Notes: a model not told the origin generated them from the sequence alone. A stretch of 64,000 nt of DNA from an uncultured Collinsella sp. (GCA_958427145.1 CAUAAZ010000006.1:13935-77934), one strand, 5' to 3'. Shown: positions 37,264 to 47,651, counted from the stretch's first letter. Program-made: numbers and translations.

Positions 37264-37323
37264 CGAGCAGAAGGGCAAAAGAAGTCAAAAAACCCTTCCC
37301 AAATTAGCTACCACTTGCACCGA

Positions 37324-38163
37324 TTATTCGCCCGGGTTGATGTTCGCGTAGAACTCGGCCCCGTCGTCCAGGCGCAGGATGCCCACGCGGCCGAACTCGG
37401 AGCCGGTGGCGGCGGCGCAGTCGATGTCGATGCGATCGGGAACACCAGCAGTGTCCTCGCCGCCCAAGCGCACGATCTGCCCGCGTCCCGATTCCTCATC
37501 GAGCCCCGCCAGACCACCGACCTCGCAATAGCGCCCAAGCGATACCGTGGGCGTGTGACCGCTCACCACGACCGGGCCCTTGCCCTCGGCAGAAAGCAGC
37601 CCGGTCGACGCATCCCAATAGCCATGACGAATCCACAGCAGGTCATCGGACGACTGCACCGCGAGCATCTGCTGCAGCAGCTCGCGATCGGCACCCACCG
37701 CTCCAACGCCATCGGCACAATCGACGCCATGCTCAAGCAAAAACGCCCGCGCCGCCTCGGTCTCAATACCGGCATGTACCAGCAGATACGGGCGCTCCTC
37801 GGTCTCGACCACCGCGTAGAGCGGCAGCGCGGCCATCCATCGCACGAGCTCCTCGTATGCCTCAAATTCCATGTCGTTGAGCTGCTCACGCGTCGTCCAG
37901 CCACCGTTGATATCCCAGGTCTCGGCATCGAGCGGATCCTGGCCAATGATGGCATCGAGCATGATCTGCTCGTGATTGCCCTTGAGCACGCGGGCGTTGG
38001 GCAGCGAGCGCACGAGCTTAATAACGCCGACCGGATCGGGCCCGCGATCGATCATGTCGCCCAGCACGTACAGCGTGTCGTCGGACGTCAACGAGATCTT
38101 AGACAGGGCCTCGTCAAGCGCACGCACGTGCCCGTGAGCATCAGATGTCACATAGATCGCCAT
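37324..38163 (-). CDS. Metallophosphoesterase (PPP-family Ser/Thr phosphatase / ApaH-PrpE-like)
   Basis: 279 aa. Motifs SDAHGH, GDMIDRG and GNHE. Confidence 0.8.
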   Translation of the reverse strand: MAIYVTSDAHGHVRALDEALSKISLTSDDTLYVLGDMIDRGPDPVGVIKLVRSLPNARVLKGNHEQIMLDAIIGQDPLDAETWDINGGWTTREQLNDMEFEAYEELVRWMAALPLYAVVETEERPYLLVHAGIETEAARAFLLEHGVDCADGVGAVGADRELLQQMLAVQSSDDLLWIRHGYWDASTGLLSAEGKGPVVVSGHTPTVSLGRYCEVGGLAGLDEESGRGQIVRLGGEDTAGVPDRIDIDCAAATGSEFGRVGILRLDDGAEFYANINPGE

Positions 38164-38416
38164 GGCACGCCTCTCCTTGCATTGCGGCCGAAGCCCGGCG
38201 CCGCAACTAAAACTTCAAGTTGAACTTAAACGTTACCCATTGTACTCCGTTGCAATAAAGCTGGAAAGGGTTTCCGAGCAGAGGCAAAGACGGCAGCCGT
38301 CTATGACGATATCGCGCACGCCCGCAATCCAACCCCATAAACCCACCATCTTTGGGTACAAATAACCGCAGACAACTGACCGTGCCACGCCAACCACCCA
38401 GGAGCGGACACTATCC

Positions 38417-40018
38417 ATGAACCAGATCCTTCTCTTTATCGGCCTCGTCATCATTTTGTGCCTGACCATCAAACCCGTCGGCAAAAAACTCCCCTTCCCC
38501 ACCCTGCTCATCTTTATCGCGCTGGGCATGCTGTTGGGCGTCAACGGCCCGACGCATATCGACTTTAGCGACTACGCACTCACCGAAACCGTCTGCAGCA
38601 CGGCGCTGCTGTTCATCATGTTCTACGGCGGCTTTAACACCAATATCGACCGCGCCAAGCCCGTCGCCGCGCCGGCGGTGCTGCTGAGCACGCTCGGCGT
38701 CGTCATCACCGCAGGCATCACCGGCGTGTTCGCCCACTTTGTACTGGGCTTCGACTGGATCGGCGGCCTGCTGTTGGGATCGGTCGTGGCGTCCACCGAC
38801 GCGGCCAGCGTCTTTAGCGTTCTGCGCGAGCACAGCCTGTCGCTGAGGGGCGGCACCGACTCGCTGCTCGAGGTCGAATCGGGCTCCAACGATCCCGTCG
38901 CCTATATGCTCACCGCCGTGCTCGCCACACTCGCGGCCGGCGGCGACATCAACATTCCCGCACTGCTGGCCAAGCAGATTATCTTGGGCGTGGGCCTGGG
39001 CCTCGCCATCGGCTGGGCGGCGGGCCGCCTGATTGAACGCGCGCACGCAACGGCCGAGGGCGCGCAGACCATCTTTTTGTTCGCCGTGGCCATCGTCGCC
39101 TACGCGCTGCCGAGCTACCTGGGCGGCAACGGATTTTTGGCCGTGTACCTGGCCGGCATTGTGCTGGGTGCGAGCGACATCACCGGCAAGGTCGAGATGG
39201 CGCACTTCTTCGATACCCTCACCGAGATGGCCGAGATGACGATCTTCTTCTTGCTCGGCCTGCTCGTAACGCCCGCACGCCTGCCGCAGATGCTGCTGCC
39301 GGGCCTGGCGCTCATGGCGTTTATGCTCTTTGTGAGCCGCCCCATCGCCGTCGGCGTGCTCCTAGCGCCCTTTAAGACGAACCCTCGCCAGGTTGCGCTC
39401 GTAAGCTGGGCGGGTCTGCGCGGCGCGGCTTCGGTCGTGTTTAGCCTCTTTACCGTGGTGGCCGGTGTTCCTGGCGGTCACGACCTGTTTGACCTGGTAT
39501 TTGTGATTGCCGTGTCGAGCATTGTGGTGCAGGGCTCGCTGCTACCGGCGGTGGCGAAAAAGCTCAATATGATCGACGCGGAAGGCGACGTGCGCCGTAC
39601 GTTTAACGATTACCGCGACGAGGACGGCATGTCGTTTGTCAAGTTCAAGGTGGGCGCGGGCCATCCGTTTTCCGGACGCTCGCTCGCCGATATTGGCAGC
39701 GCCACGGACATGCTCGTCGTCCTGGTGCTGCGCGATGGCGCGCACCCGGTGCTGCCCAATGGCGATACCGTGATTGAGGAAGGCGACCTATTGGTGATGG
39801 CTGCCCCGACGTTTGAAGAGCGTGCCGAGGTTACGCTGCGCGAGGTCACCGTGACGCCCCACGGTCGCCTGGCCGGCCAGCGCCTGCGCGACGTGCCGCA
39901 GGGCAAGCGCCCCTTTATCGTCGTGATGCTCAAGCGCGACGGCCAAACGATCATCCCCGACGGCAACACTCTCATATACGCCGGCGACGAAGCCGTCATC
40001 GCAACGCTGGCGTCGTAG
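38417..40018 (+). CDS. K+/H+ (cation:proton) antiporter, CPA1 NhaP2/CvrA-like, with C-terminal RCK_C domains
   Basis: 533 aa. About 12 TM segments with ESGSNDP, then two TrkA-C-like repeats (GDTVIEEGDLLVM, GNTLIYAGDEAVI). Confidence 0.75.
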   Translation: MNQILLFIGLVIILCLTIKPVGKKLPFPTLLIFIALGMLLGVNGPTHIDFSDYALTETVCSTALLFIMFYGGFNTNIDRAKPVAAPAVLLSTLGVVITAGITGVFAHFVLGFDWIGGLLLGSVVASTDAASVFSVLREHSLSLRGGTDSLLEVESGSNDPVAYMLTAVLATLAAGGDINIPALLAKQIILGVGLGLAIGWAAGRLIERAHATAEGAQTIFLFAVAIVAYALPSYLGGNGFLAVYLAGIVLGASDITGKVEMAHFFDTLTEMAEMTIFFLLGLLVTPARLPQMLLPGLALMAFMLFVSRPIAVGVLLAPFKTNPRQVALVSWAGLRGAASVVFSLFTVVAGVPGGHDLFDLVFVIAVSSIVVQGSLLPAVAKKLNMIDAEGDVRRTFNDYRDEDGMSFVKFKVGAGHPFSGRSLADIGSATDMLVVLVLRDGAHPVLPNGDTVIEEGDLLVMAAPTFEERAEVTLREVTVTPHGRLAGQRLRDVPQGKRPFIVVMLKRDGQTIIPDGNTLIYAGDEAVIATLAS

Positions 40019-40245
40019 TGGCCATGGGGTAGCTAATTTGCAACGAAGAGATCAAACGCCTAGAGAACCCCATGCCTTCGCTCGCAGATTTAGATTTGCA
40101 TGAGGAGTAAAGCAACACCCCCTCATGTAACCATCCTGTAAATCATAGCGGCGCACTCGGGTTTTGCTGTGATGCGGTCGCGCCTGACGCTGCACTGTGC
40201 TAAAGTATCCCGAACGTTCAAACGACCACGAGGGGGAAATAGAAG

Positions 40246-41370
40246 ATGGCACGTGTGCACAACTTCTCAGCTGGCCCGGCCGCACTGCCCACAAGCGTGC
40301 TCGCCGAGATCGCCGACGAGATGATGGACTACCGCGGTTGCGGCATGTCCGTGCTCGAGATGAGCCATCGATCTAGCATGTACCAGCAGATCATCGACGA
40401 CGCTGAGGCAACCCTACGCCGTCTGCTGAGCATCCCGGACAGCTACCGTGTCCTGTTTTTGCAGGGCGGCGCCACGCTGCAGTTTGCGGGCATCCCCATG
40501 AACCTCATGCGCCGCGGCCGCGCCGGCTACGTCGTGACCGGCAACTTTGCCAACAAGGCGTACAAGGAGGCCGCCAAGTACGGCGAGACCGTGCTGCTCG
40601 CGAGCTCCGAAGACACCAATTTCGACCACATTCCCAACATGGCCGACATCAACGCGCGCATTGCCGCCGAGGCCGCGGGCGACGGGCTCGACTACGTCTA
40701 CATCTGCCAGAACAACACTATCTTTGGCACCATGTTCCACGAGCTGCCCAACTGCGGCGACGTACCGCTGGTCGCCGATGTCTCGAGCTGCTTTCTGTCG
40801 CAGCCGCTCGACGTCGAGCGCTACGGGCTCATCTACGCCGGCGCGCAGAAAAACGCCGGCGCCGCGGGCGTGACTGTGGTCATCGTGCGCGACGACCTCA
40901 TCGCAGATGGCCCAGCCTTTGCGCAGACGCCGCAGTACCTGGACCTTAAGGCCCAGGCCGCCAAGGGTTCCATGCTCAACACGCCCAACACCTTTGGCAT
41001 CTACGTGTGCGGCAAGGTGTTCCGTTGGGTTGAGCAGACCGGCGGACTTGCCGCCATGGCCGAGCGCAACTGGACCAAGGCTAACCTACTCTACAACCTG
41101 CTCGAGCACAGCGAGCTGTTCCATGGCACCGCGCAGGCCGACAGTCGCTCCATCGCCAACGTCACCTTCCGCACCGACGAAGCCGAACTCGACGCGGCCT
41201 TTGTCGCAGGCGCGGCCGAGCACCAGATTCAAAACGTCAAGGGCCATCGCCTGGTGGGCGGTATGCGCGCCAGCGTCTACAACGCCGTGACCATGGAAGA
41301 CGTGCAGGCACTGGCCTCGTACATGAAGGACTTCGAAGCGCAGCATAGTTTGAGCCCGCGATCTAACTAG
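40246..41370 (+). CDS. serC: Phosphoserine aminotransferase
   Basis: 374 aa. N-terminus NFSAGPAALP, plus GAQKNAGAAGVT (PLP lysine). Confidence 0.85.
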   Translation: MARVHNFSAGPAALPTSVLAEIADEMMDYRGCGMSVLEMSHRSSMYQQIIDDAEATLRRLLSIPDSYRVLFLQGGATLQFAGIPMNLMRRGRAGYVVTGNFANKAYKEAAKYGETVLLASSEDTNFDHIPNMADINARIAAEAAGDGLDYVYICQNNTIFGTMFHELPNCGDVPLVADVSSCFLSQPLDVERYGLIYAGAQKNAGAAGVTVVIVRDDLIADGPAFAQTPQYLDLKAQAAKGSMLNTPNTFGIYVCGKVFRWVEQTGGLAAMAERNWTKANLLYNLLEHSELFHGTAQADSRSIANVTFRTDEAELDAAFVAGAAEHQIQNVKGHRLVGGMRASVYNAVTMEDVQALASYMKDFEAQHSLSPRSN

Positions 41371-41441
41371 CCCGCAGCACGCGGGCCGACCAGCCATCTC
41401 AGACCACCCTGTTTAGATCAAAACCTGCTAAGGAGTTTTTC

Positions 41442-42605
41442 ATGCGCAAGATTAAGACCATCGATGACATCACCAAGGACGGCAAAGTCGAGTTTGGCGA
41501 GGGCTACGAATTTGTGAGCACCGCCGAAGAGGCCGACGCGATCCTGATGCGCTCGACCGACCTGCACGGCTACGGGCTGCCCGAGGGCATCCGCGCCATC
41601 GCCCGCTGCGGCGCCGGCGTCAACAACATCCCCGTCGAGGAGTACGCCAAGAAGGGCGTCGTCGTCTTTAACTCCCCCGGCGCCAACAGCAACGCCGTCA
41701 AGGAGCTCGTCCTGGGCATGCTGGTGCTCTCGAGCCGCGGCGTGGTGCAGTCGATGAACTGGGTGCGCGACAACGCCGACGACCCCGAGATCCAGGTCGA
41801 TGCCGAGAAAGCCAAGAAGGCCTTTGTGGGCCGCGAGCTCAAGGGCAAGCGCATCGGCGTCATCGGTCTGGGCAACGTGGGCTCCAAGGTCGCCAACGCC
41901 TGCGTCGACCTAGGCATGGACGTTTACGGCTACGACCCGTTCATTTCCGTCGAGCACGCGTGGGTGCTGAGCCGCGAGGTGCAGCGCGTGGGCACGCTCG
42001 AGGACCTCTGCCGTGGCTGTGACTACCTCACCGTGCACGTGCCCAGCAAGGCCGACACCATCGGCATGATCAGTACCGAGCAGATCAACCTGCTGGCACC
42101 CGACGCCGTGCTGATCAACTACGCACGCGAGACCATCATTGACGAGGACGCCGTCGACGCCGCCCTGCGCGCGGGCAAACTCAGCTGGTTTAGCTGCGAC
42201 TTTGCCACGCCCAAGACCGTCAAGATGCCCAACACGTTTATCACCACGCACTCGGGCGCCGGCACTGGCGAGGCCGAGGCCAACTGCGCCGATATGGCCA
42301 TCAGCGAGCTCAAGGATTACCTGGAGAACGGCAACATCGCACATAGCGTCAACTACCCCGCCTGCAGCATGGGCAAGGCGCGCGCCGCAAGCCGCATCGC
42401 CTGCCTGCACGCCAACGTGCCCAACATGATCGGCCAGATCACGGCCATTCTCGCCAAGGACAACGCCAACGTGCAGCGTATGACCAACGAGTCCGCTGGC
42501 GAGAACGCCTACACCATGTTCGACACCGACGAGCACCTGGACAGCAGCACCATCGAGGCGCTCAAGCAGATTCCGTCGATGTATCGCGTGCGCGTGATCA
42601 AGTAG
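41442..42605 (+). CDS. serA: D-3-phosphoglycerate dehydrogenase with a C-terminal ACT domain
   Basis: 387 aa. NAD motif GVIGLGNVGSKVA, a catalytic-domain H/E/R pattern and an ACT-like tail. Confidence 0.8.
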   Translation: MRKIKTIDDITKDGKVEFGEGYEFVSTAEEADAILMRSTDLHGYGLPEGIRAIARCGAGVNNIPVEEYAKKGVVVFNSPGANSNAVKELVLGMLVLSSRGVVQSMNWVRDNADDPEIQVDAEKAKKAFVGRELKGKRIGVIGLGNVGSKVANACVDLGMDVYGYDPFISVEHAWVLSREVQRVGTLEDLCRGCDYLTVHVPSKADTIGMISTEQINLLAPDAVLINYARETIIDEDAVDAALRAGKLSWFSCDFATPKTVKMPNTFITTHSGAGTGEAEANCADMAISELKDYLENGNIAHSVNYPACSMGKARAASRIACLHANVPNMIGQITAILAKDNANVQRMTNESAGENAYTMFDTDEHLDSSTIEALKQIPSMYRVRVIK

Positions 42606-42782
42606 CGCCGGCTGATCTGACGGGCAGTTCCCCATGTGGCCTGCCCGTCACTGACATTGAATGCCCGCGGGGGCGCCTTTCGCACGAGAGGCGCCCCCGT
42701 TTTTGTGAGCACTCCATTAAATGCACCGAGCCACTTCTTGGCATACAATCTGTATGTTGACCTAACTATCTGTGAGGTGCCT

Positions 42783-44003
42783 ATGGTTGATACAGATTTT
42801 GCTTGGCGGCTTACGCAAAGACTCGTGCGGATCGACAGTTCCGACCCAGGTGCGTATGAGGGCGAGATTGAACGCTATATCAAAGCGTTGGTTGAGGAAC
42901 GGTTAGCGCAGCTGAGCCATCCGGTACTCGATGCCGTGCAGATTGCAGAGCTCGAAGTACTCCCTGGGCGCCGCGATCTTATGGTCACCGTGCCCGGTTT
43001 GAGCGACGAGCCACGGCTGGTCTATATCTGCCATATGGACACCGTCACCTTGGGTGATGGCTGGGACGCGGACATTACGCCGCTCGGAGCAATCGTGCGT
43101 GACGATAAACTCTACGGCCGTGGCGCCTGCGACATGAAGGGCGGACTGGCCTGCGCCATTGCCGCGCTTGTTCACACGCTCGAGCGCGTGGTAGCGGATG
43201 GCGCGCTGCCCCGCCGCGGCTTTTCGCTCATCTGCTCGGTCGACGAGGAAGATTTTATGCGTGGCTCAGAGGCCGCGATCGATGCCGGCTGGGTCGGCTC
43301 ACGCGAATGGGTGCTGGACACCGAGCCCACCGACGGACAGATTCAGGTGGCGCACAAGGGACGCACGTGGTTCGAGATCGAGATGACCGGCGCCACGGCA
43401 CATGCGAGCCAGCCTTGGAAGGGCGCAGACGCCGTCGCCGCCATGGCCGAGGCCGTCTGCGCGCTGCGCCATGCGTTCGCGGCGCTGCCCGCGCACGATG
43501 AGCTGGGGCCTTCGACCATCACGTTTGGACAGATCGAAGGTGGCTACCGTCCCTATGTCGTACCCGACCGCGCCAAAGTCTGGGTCGACATGCGCCTGAC
43601 CCCGCCGACCGATACGGCCGCCGCGACGCGCATGGTAGAGCAGGCCATCGCCGTCGCCGAAGCCGCCGTTCCCGGTTGCCATGGCAGCTACACCGTGACG
43701 GGCGACCGCCCCGCCATCGAGCGCGACCCAAACTCTCCCCTTCTAGCAGCGCTCAAGCGTGCCGCCGATGACGTGACGGACGCGGACACGACCGTCGGCT
43801 TCTTTACCGGCTACACCGACACTGCCGTCATTGCCGGCAAGACGGGTAACCATAACTGCATGAGCTATGGCCCAGGCTCGCTCGCGCTCGCCCACAAGCC
43901 TAACGAATATGTGTCCCACGCCGATATCGTTCGTTGTCAGCAGGTGCTCATCGCACTCGCCGATAACGTGCTCTGGGACGCGAGCGGCCAAGTTGGGGCA
44001 TAA
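42783..44003 (+). CDS. M20-family metallopeptidase / deacylase (ArgE/DapE/ACY1-like)
   Basis: Start at MVDTDFAW. Motifs ICHMDTV, GRGACDMKGG and SVDEE. Confidence 0.75.
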   Translation: MVDTDFAWRLTQRLVRIDSSDPGAYEGEIERYIKALVEERLAQLSHPVLDAVQIAELEVLPGRRDLMVTVPGLSDEPRLVYICHMDTVTLGDGWDADITPLGAIVRDDKLYGRGACDMKGGLACAIAALVHTLERVVADGALPRRGFSLICSVDEEDFMRGSEAAIDAGWVGSREWVLDTEPTDGQIQVAHKGRTWFEIEMTGATAHASQPWKGADAVAAMAEAVCALRHAFAALPAHDELGPSTITFGQIEGGYRPYVVPDRAKVWVDMRLTPPTDTAAATRMVEQAIAVAEAAVPGCHGSYTVTGDRPAIERDPNSPLLAALKRAADDVTDADTTVGFFTGYTDTAVIAGKTGNHNCMSYGPGSLALAHKPNEYVSHADIVRCQQVLIALADNVLWDASGQVGA

Positions 44004-44042
44004 TAAGCCGCGAACAAACCGACTCGCGCGTTAGGACCGCCC

Positions 44043-44732
44043 ATGAAAGCACTTCCGTTTCCCTGCATCCGCCCGGCTCAGGACCGCGTGCTCGAGGCGC
44101 TGCCTGCAATGGGCAGCATCCTGAGCGGCAACGATGCTCTGCGCGGAGCCATTGCCGATGGTCTGATGCTCAAGGACCCGGGTGCGGCGTATTACGTGTA
44201 CGAATGCTCGGGCGAGCCGGGATGCGTGACGGGTGTCGTGGCGATTTGCCCGGTTAACGTGCTGACGGGTAGCGACGAGGCTGCCGCCGAGAGCGTCGAC
44301 GCACTCGCCGCCGCGCGCGCGATCGCCGAGCTCAAGGTGCAGCCGCGTCCCGTGCCGCTCGCCTACGAGGCGTCGCCCGTCATGGACATCATCCTGGGCG
44401 CTGCCAAAGAGGGCGCCTCGCTCTACGCCGTCACCGACCCCGCGGGCATTACGCACCGCGTGTGGGAGGTCAAGCGCGAGGACGCCGTCGGCGCCATCCG
44501 TGCCATGCTCGACCAGGCGCCGGAGCCGGCACTGGCCGACGACCCTGCCTACGCTGCCGCACTATTCGAGGCATCACAGCTCCTGGCCGACGATGCCCAT
44601 GCTGCCGGCACCTACACGGGCAAAGAGCCGTTCAACTTTGCTGTAGCCGCACTGTTCCCCGCCGCGCAGGTCAGCGGCGCCGCGCCGCAGGTTCCGACAG
44701 GTCTGCTCACGCACCAAGTCGCGCGGTTCTAG
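44043..44732 (+). CDS. Short DUF1015-like hypothetical protein
   Basis: 229 aa. Segments reminiscent of DUF1015 are the N-terminal PFPCIRP, then AAYYVYE...TGVVAICPV, VPLAYE and THRVWEV. It is much shorter than typical (~400 aa) members. Confidence 0.4.
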   Translation: MKALPFPCIRPAQDRVLEALPAMGSILSGNDALRGAIADGLMLKDPGAAYYVYECSGEPGCVTGVVAICPVNVLTGSDEAAAESVDALAAARAIAELKVQPRPVPLAYEASPVMDIILGAAKEGASLYAVTDPAGITHRVWEVKREDAVGAIRAMLDQAPEPALADDPAYAAALFEASQLLADDAHAAGTYTGKEPFNFAVAALFPAAQVSGAAPQVPTGLLTHQVARF

Positions 44733-44776
44733 CAAGACCAGACCGCGCAGCACAAAAATCGGCAGCTCAACAAACA

Positions 44777-44818
44777 GGGGGCGGAGATGCAGCAGGTACA
44801 TGCATCTCCGCCCCTTTT
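44777..44818. terminator. Intrinsic terminator between convergent genes
   Basis: GGGGGCGGAGATGCA / TGCATCTCCGCCCC stem followed by TTTTG. Confidence 0.75.
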
Positions 44819-44861
44819 GCGTCGAGAAGTTATGCCGGCGACCCGAGCCGCCACGCTCGCG

Positions 44862-45497
44862 TTATCCGCGCTGCGGACCTGCAGTAGCCACAAGCGGTTC
44901 AAGGCCCAGCTCGCGTGCGTAATCCTCCTGCGTAAAAATCTCAATCAGCTCAAACGTGTCGGATTCGTCGTCAAACGCAAAGTGCAGCACCGCGCAGTTG
45001 CCCGGCACGCGATCGCGCTCGTCGGCCGCCGCACCCTTCACGTGGTCCATGAACTCCTTGATGGCCGAGCCATGGCTTACCGCGAGCACGCACGTATGGT
45101 CCGGACGCTGCATAAGCTCGGTCAACGTCGCCACCATGCGCTCGCGCACCTGCATCTGGCCCTCGCCGCCAAACTGGCGATAGAAGTCGCGCCACGGGCG
45201 CTCGGGCATGAGCACCACGCGCTCGGCCTCAAAGTCGCCAAAGAACCACTCGCGCAGACCGTCCAGGCGCTCGTACGCCAAGCCCGGCCACAAGTTGGCG
45301 ATAGTCTGCTCGGTGCGATGAAGCGTGGAGGTGTAGGCATGATCGGGCTCAATGCCGCGCGCACGTAAAAACATGCCGGCGCGCGCCGCCTGGTCGCAAC
45401 CCAACTGCGTAAGCGGCGAGTCACTCCAGCCCTGAATAATACGCTTAAGGTTGAATATCGTCTGTCCATGACGGACCAGATACAGATCTTTATTCAT
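44862..45497 (-). CDS. Histidine phosphatase superfamily (dPGM-like) protein, paralog 1
   Basis: Start at MNKDLYLVRHGQT (RHG motif). AVSHGSAI supplies the second His. Confidence 0.8.
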   Translation of the reverse strand: MNKDLYLVRHGQTIFNLKRIIQGWSDSPLTQLGCDQAARAGMFLRARGIEPDHAYTSTLHRTEQTIANLWPGLAYERLDGLREWFFGDFEAERVVLMPERPWRDFYRQFGGEGQMQVRERMVATLTELMQRPDHTCVLAVSHGSAIKEFMDHVKGAAADERDRVPGNCAVLHFAFDDESDTFELIEIFTQEDYARELGLEPLVATAGPQRG

Positions 45498-45514
45498 AGG
45501 GGTCCTTTCGTTCG

Positions 45515-46057
45515 TTACCAACCCAAGAGCGAAAACGCCCCGTTGCAATAGCCAAAATGAAGCACGGCACCGTTGTCGGGTAGTTCTCCCTCGCCAGTCA
45601 CATACTCAAGAAACTCCTGGCAGGCTGAGCCGTGGGAAACCGCCAGCACGCAGTCGTGTTGCGGCCTGGCCATGATGCGGGACAGCGCCGCGACCATGCG
45701 CGACTGAAGCTGCACTTCCGACTCGCCGCCAAAGGCCACCGGATAATCGCCCCAGGGCCGCGGCGGCATCTCGCGATTTGATGTGCCCTCCAGCGAGCCA
45801 AAATGCCACTCACGCAGGTCATCGACCAGCTCAATGGAACGGCCCTCGCCAACGATAAGCTCGGCCGTATGCCGCGCCCGGCCCAACGGCGAGGAATACA
45901 CATGATCAAAGGCCACGCCACGCGCCGCAAACGCCGTACGCGCCGTCAGCGCCTGCTCGCGCCCGCGCGCCGTAAGCGGCGAATCGTGCCAGCCCTGCAA
46001 AATGCTCTGCACATTGAGCTCAGTCTGCCCATGCCGCACCAAATACAGATCTGCCAC
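45515..46057 (-). CDS. Histidine phosphatase superfamily (dPGM-like) protein, paralog 2
   Basis: GTG start at 46057 (VADLYLVRHGQT) preceded by GGAGGG. AVSHGSAC. The longer annotated ORF start would run through hairpin repeat copy 7. Confidence 0.75.
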   Translation of the reverse strand: MADLYLVRHGQTELNVQSILQGWHDSPLTARGREQALTARTAFAARGVAFDHVYSSPLGRARHTAELIVGEGRSIELVDDLREWHFGSLEGTSNREMPPRPWGDYPVAFGGESEVQLQSRMVAALSRIMARPQHDCVLAVSHGSACQEFLEYVTGEGELPDNGAVLHFGYCNGAFSLLGW

Positions 46058-46073
46058 ACACCCTCCCCTCGTA

Positions 46074-46110
46074 CCACCACAAAGGGGACAGGAGTCTTTG
46101 TGGTGATTTT
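46074..46110. repeat. Palindromic hairpin repeat copy 7 (degenerate loop)
   Basis: CCACCACAAAG-GGGACAGGAGT-CTTTGTGGTG-ATTTT. Confidence 0.75.
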
Positions 46111-46140
46111 GCCGCCGGATTGCGCCGCAACGACGCACAA

Positions 46141-46812
46141 CTACAGCAGCACGTCGGCAAGCGGACGCTTGGGTACGTGGTGCACCCGCGCCTCGTCGCG
46201 CCAATAATTGATGGAGCCGTCGGGGTTGGAATCGATCGCATCGATCACCTGTGTCTCGGCCGGAACGCCAAACGCCATGATCAGCTTGAGCTCATATTTG
46301 TCGTTATCGAGCCCCATGGCATCGATCGCGTGGGGCGTAAAGGCCTTGAACATGCAGGCTGCCACCTCGGGCGTGGCGCTGCGGGCGGCGAGCATCATCG
46401 TCTGCGCGGCAATGCCCGTGTCGACATCGGTAATGGGAGCGGCGGGCTTGCCCGGAACGGCGCGCTCAGCAAGAATCGCGATGTAGCCGGTCGGGCGCTC
46501 ACCCTCGGCAGGACCTGGCCAGTCCTTAAGTGCGCCGGCCCATGCGAGCTCGTCAAATACACGCGCGCAGTCCTCTGCACCGCTTACCACATGAAAACGC
46601 AGACGCTGAGCATTGGCACCACAGGGAGCCAGGTGCGCAAGTTCCGCCAGCTCGAGCAAAAACTCGCGCGGCACGCGCATGGACTCGTCAAAGCGACGGC
46701 ACGTGCGGGCGCGGCGAACCAACGCATCAAACGCGTCCAAGCCGAGCTTTTCGCAACCCTGCTTTGCCATCGATTCGACACTCGACGGTGCCTCGGGAAC
46801 TGCTTCGTTCAT
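46141..46812 (-). CDS. Nitroreductase family protein
   Basis: Start at MNEAVPEA. Motifs RRARTCRRFD and APCGANAQ are typical of FMN nitroreductases. Confidence 0.7.
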   Translation of the reverse strand: MNEAVPEAPSSVESMAKQGCEKLGLDAFDALVRRARTCRRFDESMRVPREFLLELAELAHLAPCGANAQRLRFHVVSGAEDCARVFDELAWAGALKDWPGPAEGERPTGYIAILAERAVPGKPAAPITDVDTGIAAQTMMLAARSATPEVAACMFKAFTPHAIDAMGLDNDKYELKLIMAFGVPAETQVIDAIDSNPDGSINYWRDEARVHHVPKRPLADVLL

Positions 46813-47047
46813 AGGGACCCCCAATACAAGCCAATTGTCCTTAGGAAAATCTAACCTAAAACGTAGGCAATAACGAACAGGGCTGCAATGTTCTACACCT
46901 GTTGAATAGAAAATCGCGACGTGGGGAACAACGGAAACAATTCGGGACCTTTGGGTTACGTTTCGCCCTCCCCGACCCATACGTCAGCGCCTTTAGGCGA
47001 TACTGGTTGTAACGATCAAGGCTTACGCCGCACGGAAAGGAGACATT

Positions 47048-47651
47048 ATGGGCATCTTTAAGAACGATGACCAAAAATCGAGCCAGTTTGGATTTGACGA
47101 GAAAAGCATGGCGGGCAAAGCCGTCAAGGCCGTACGCTGGATCTACGCCATCACGGGCGTCTTAGCGCTCATTGCTGGTATCGCACTGCTTTTTGCACCC
47201 GCCAAGTCCCTCGTCTTTTTGACGACTGTCCTGGGTTTTTACTTTGTAATCACTGCTGCCATTAGGCTGTTCACTGCCATTTTTGAGCCGCTGCTGCCCA
47301 CCCGGCTGGCGCGTGACGAGCATCGTCTCCAACCTACTCATTATCTTGGGCGGCGTCATAATCCTGCGCAACCAGGCCTTCTCGACCGCGACGCTCACCA
47401 CGATGGTGGTTATCGTGGCCGGCTTTGGCTGGATTGTCGAAGGTGTCATGTCCATTCTGGAGTCCGAGCTTTCGTCCAACCGTGCCCTCGCCATCCTGAG
47501 CGGCGCACTCTCCATCATCGCCGGCATGTTCGTGTTTATCTATCCGCTGTGGTCGGCCAAGATGCTCGTCATCTTTAGCGGCGCCGCGCTGCTGGTGTTT
47601 GGCGTAACGCTGATTGTTCGCGCTATTCAATTTGGCAAACTGGTGCACTAG
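47048..47651 (+). pseudogene. HdeD/DUF308-like membrane protein split by a +1 frame change near 47290-47310
   Basis: ORF 47048.. encodes credible TM helices up to ...AIRLFTAIFEP and then turns into Arg/His-rich nonsense. The +1 frame (from 47283) continues with PPGWRVTSIVSNLLIILGGVIIL..., typical DUF308 repeats, ending at 47651. Confidence 0.6.

Noticed and set aside
47283-47651. Treating ORF 47283-47651 as an independent 122-aa gene.
   Set aside because: It has a TTG start with no RBS. Its sequence continues the DUF308 repeat pattern of the upstream ORF, so a frame-disrupted single gene is more parsimonious.
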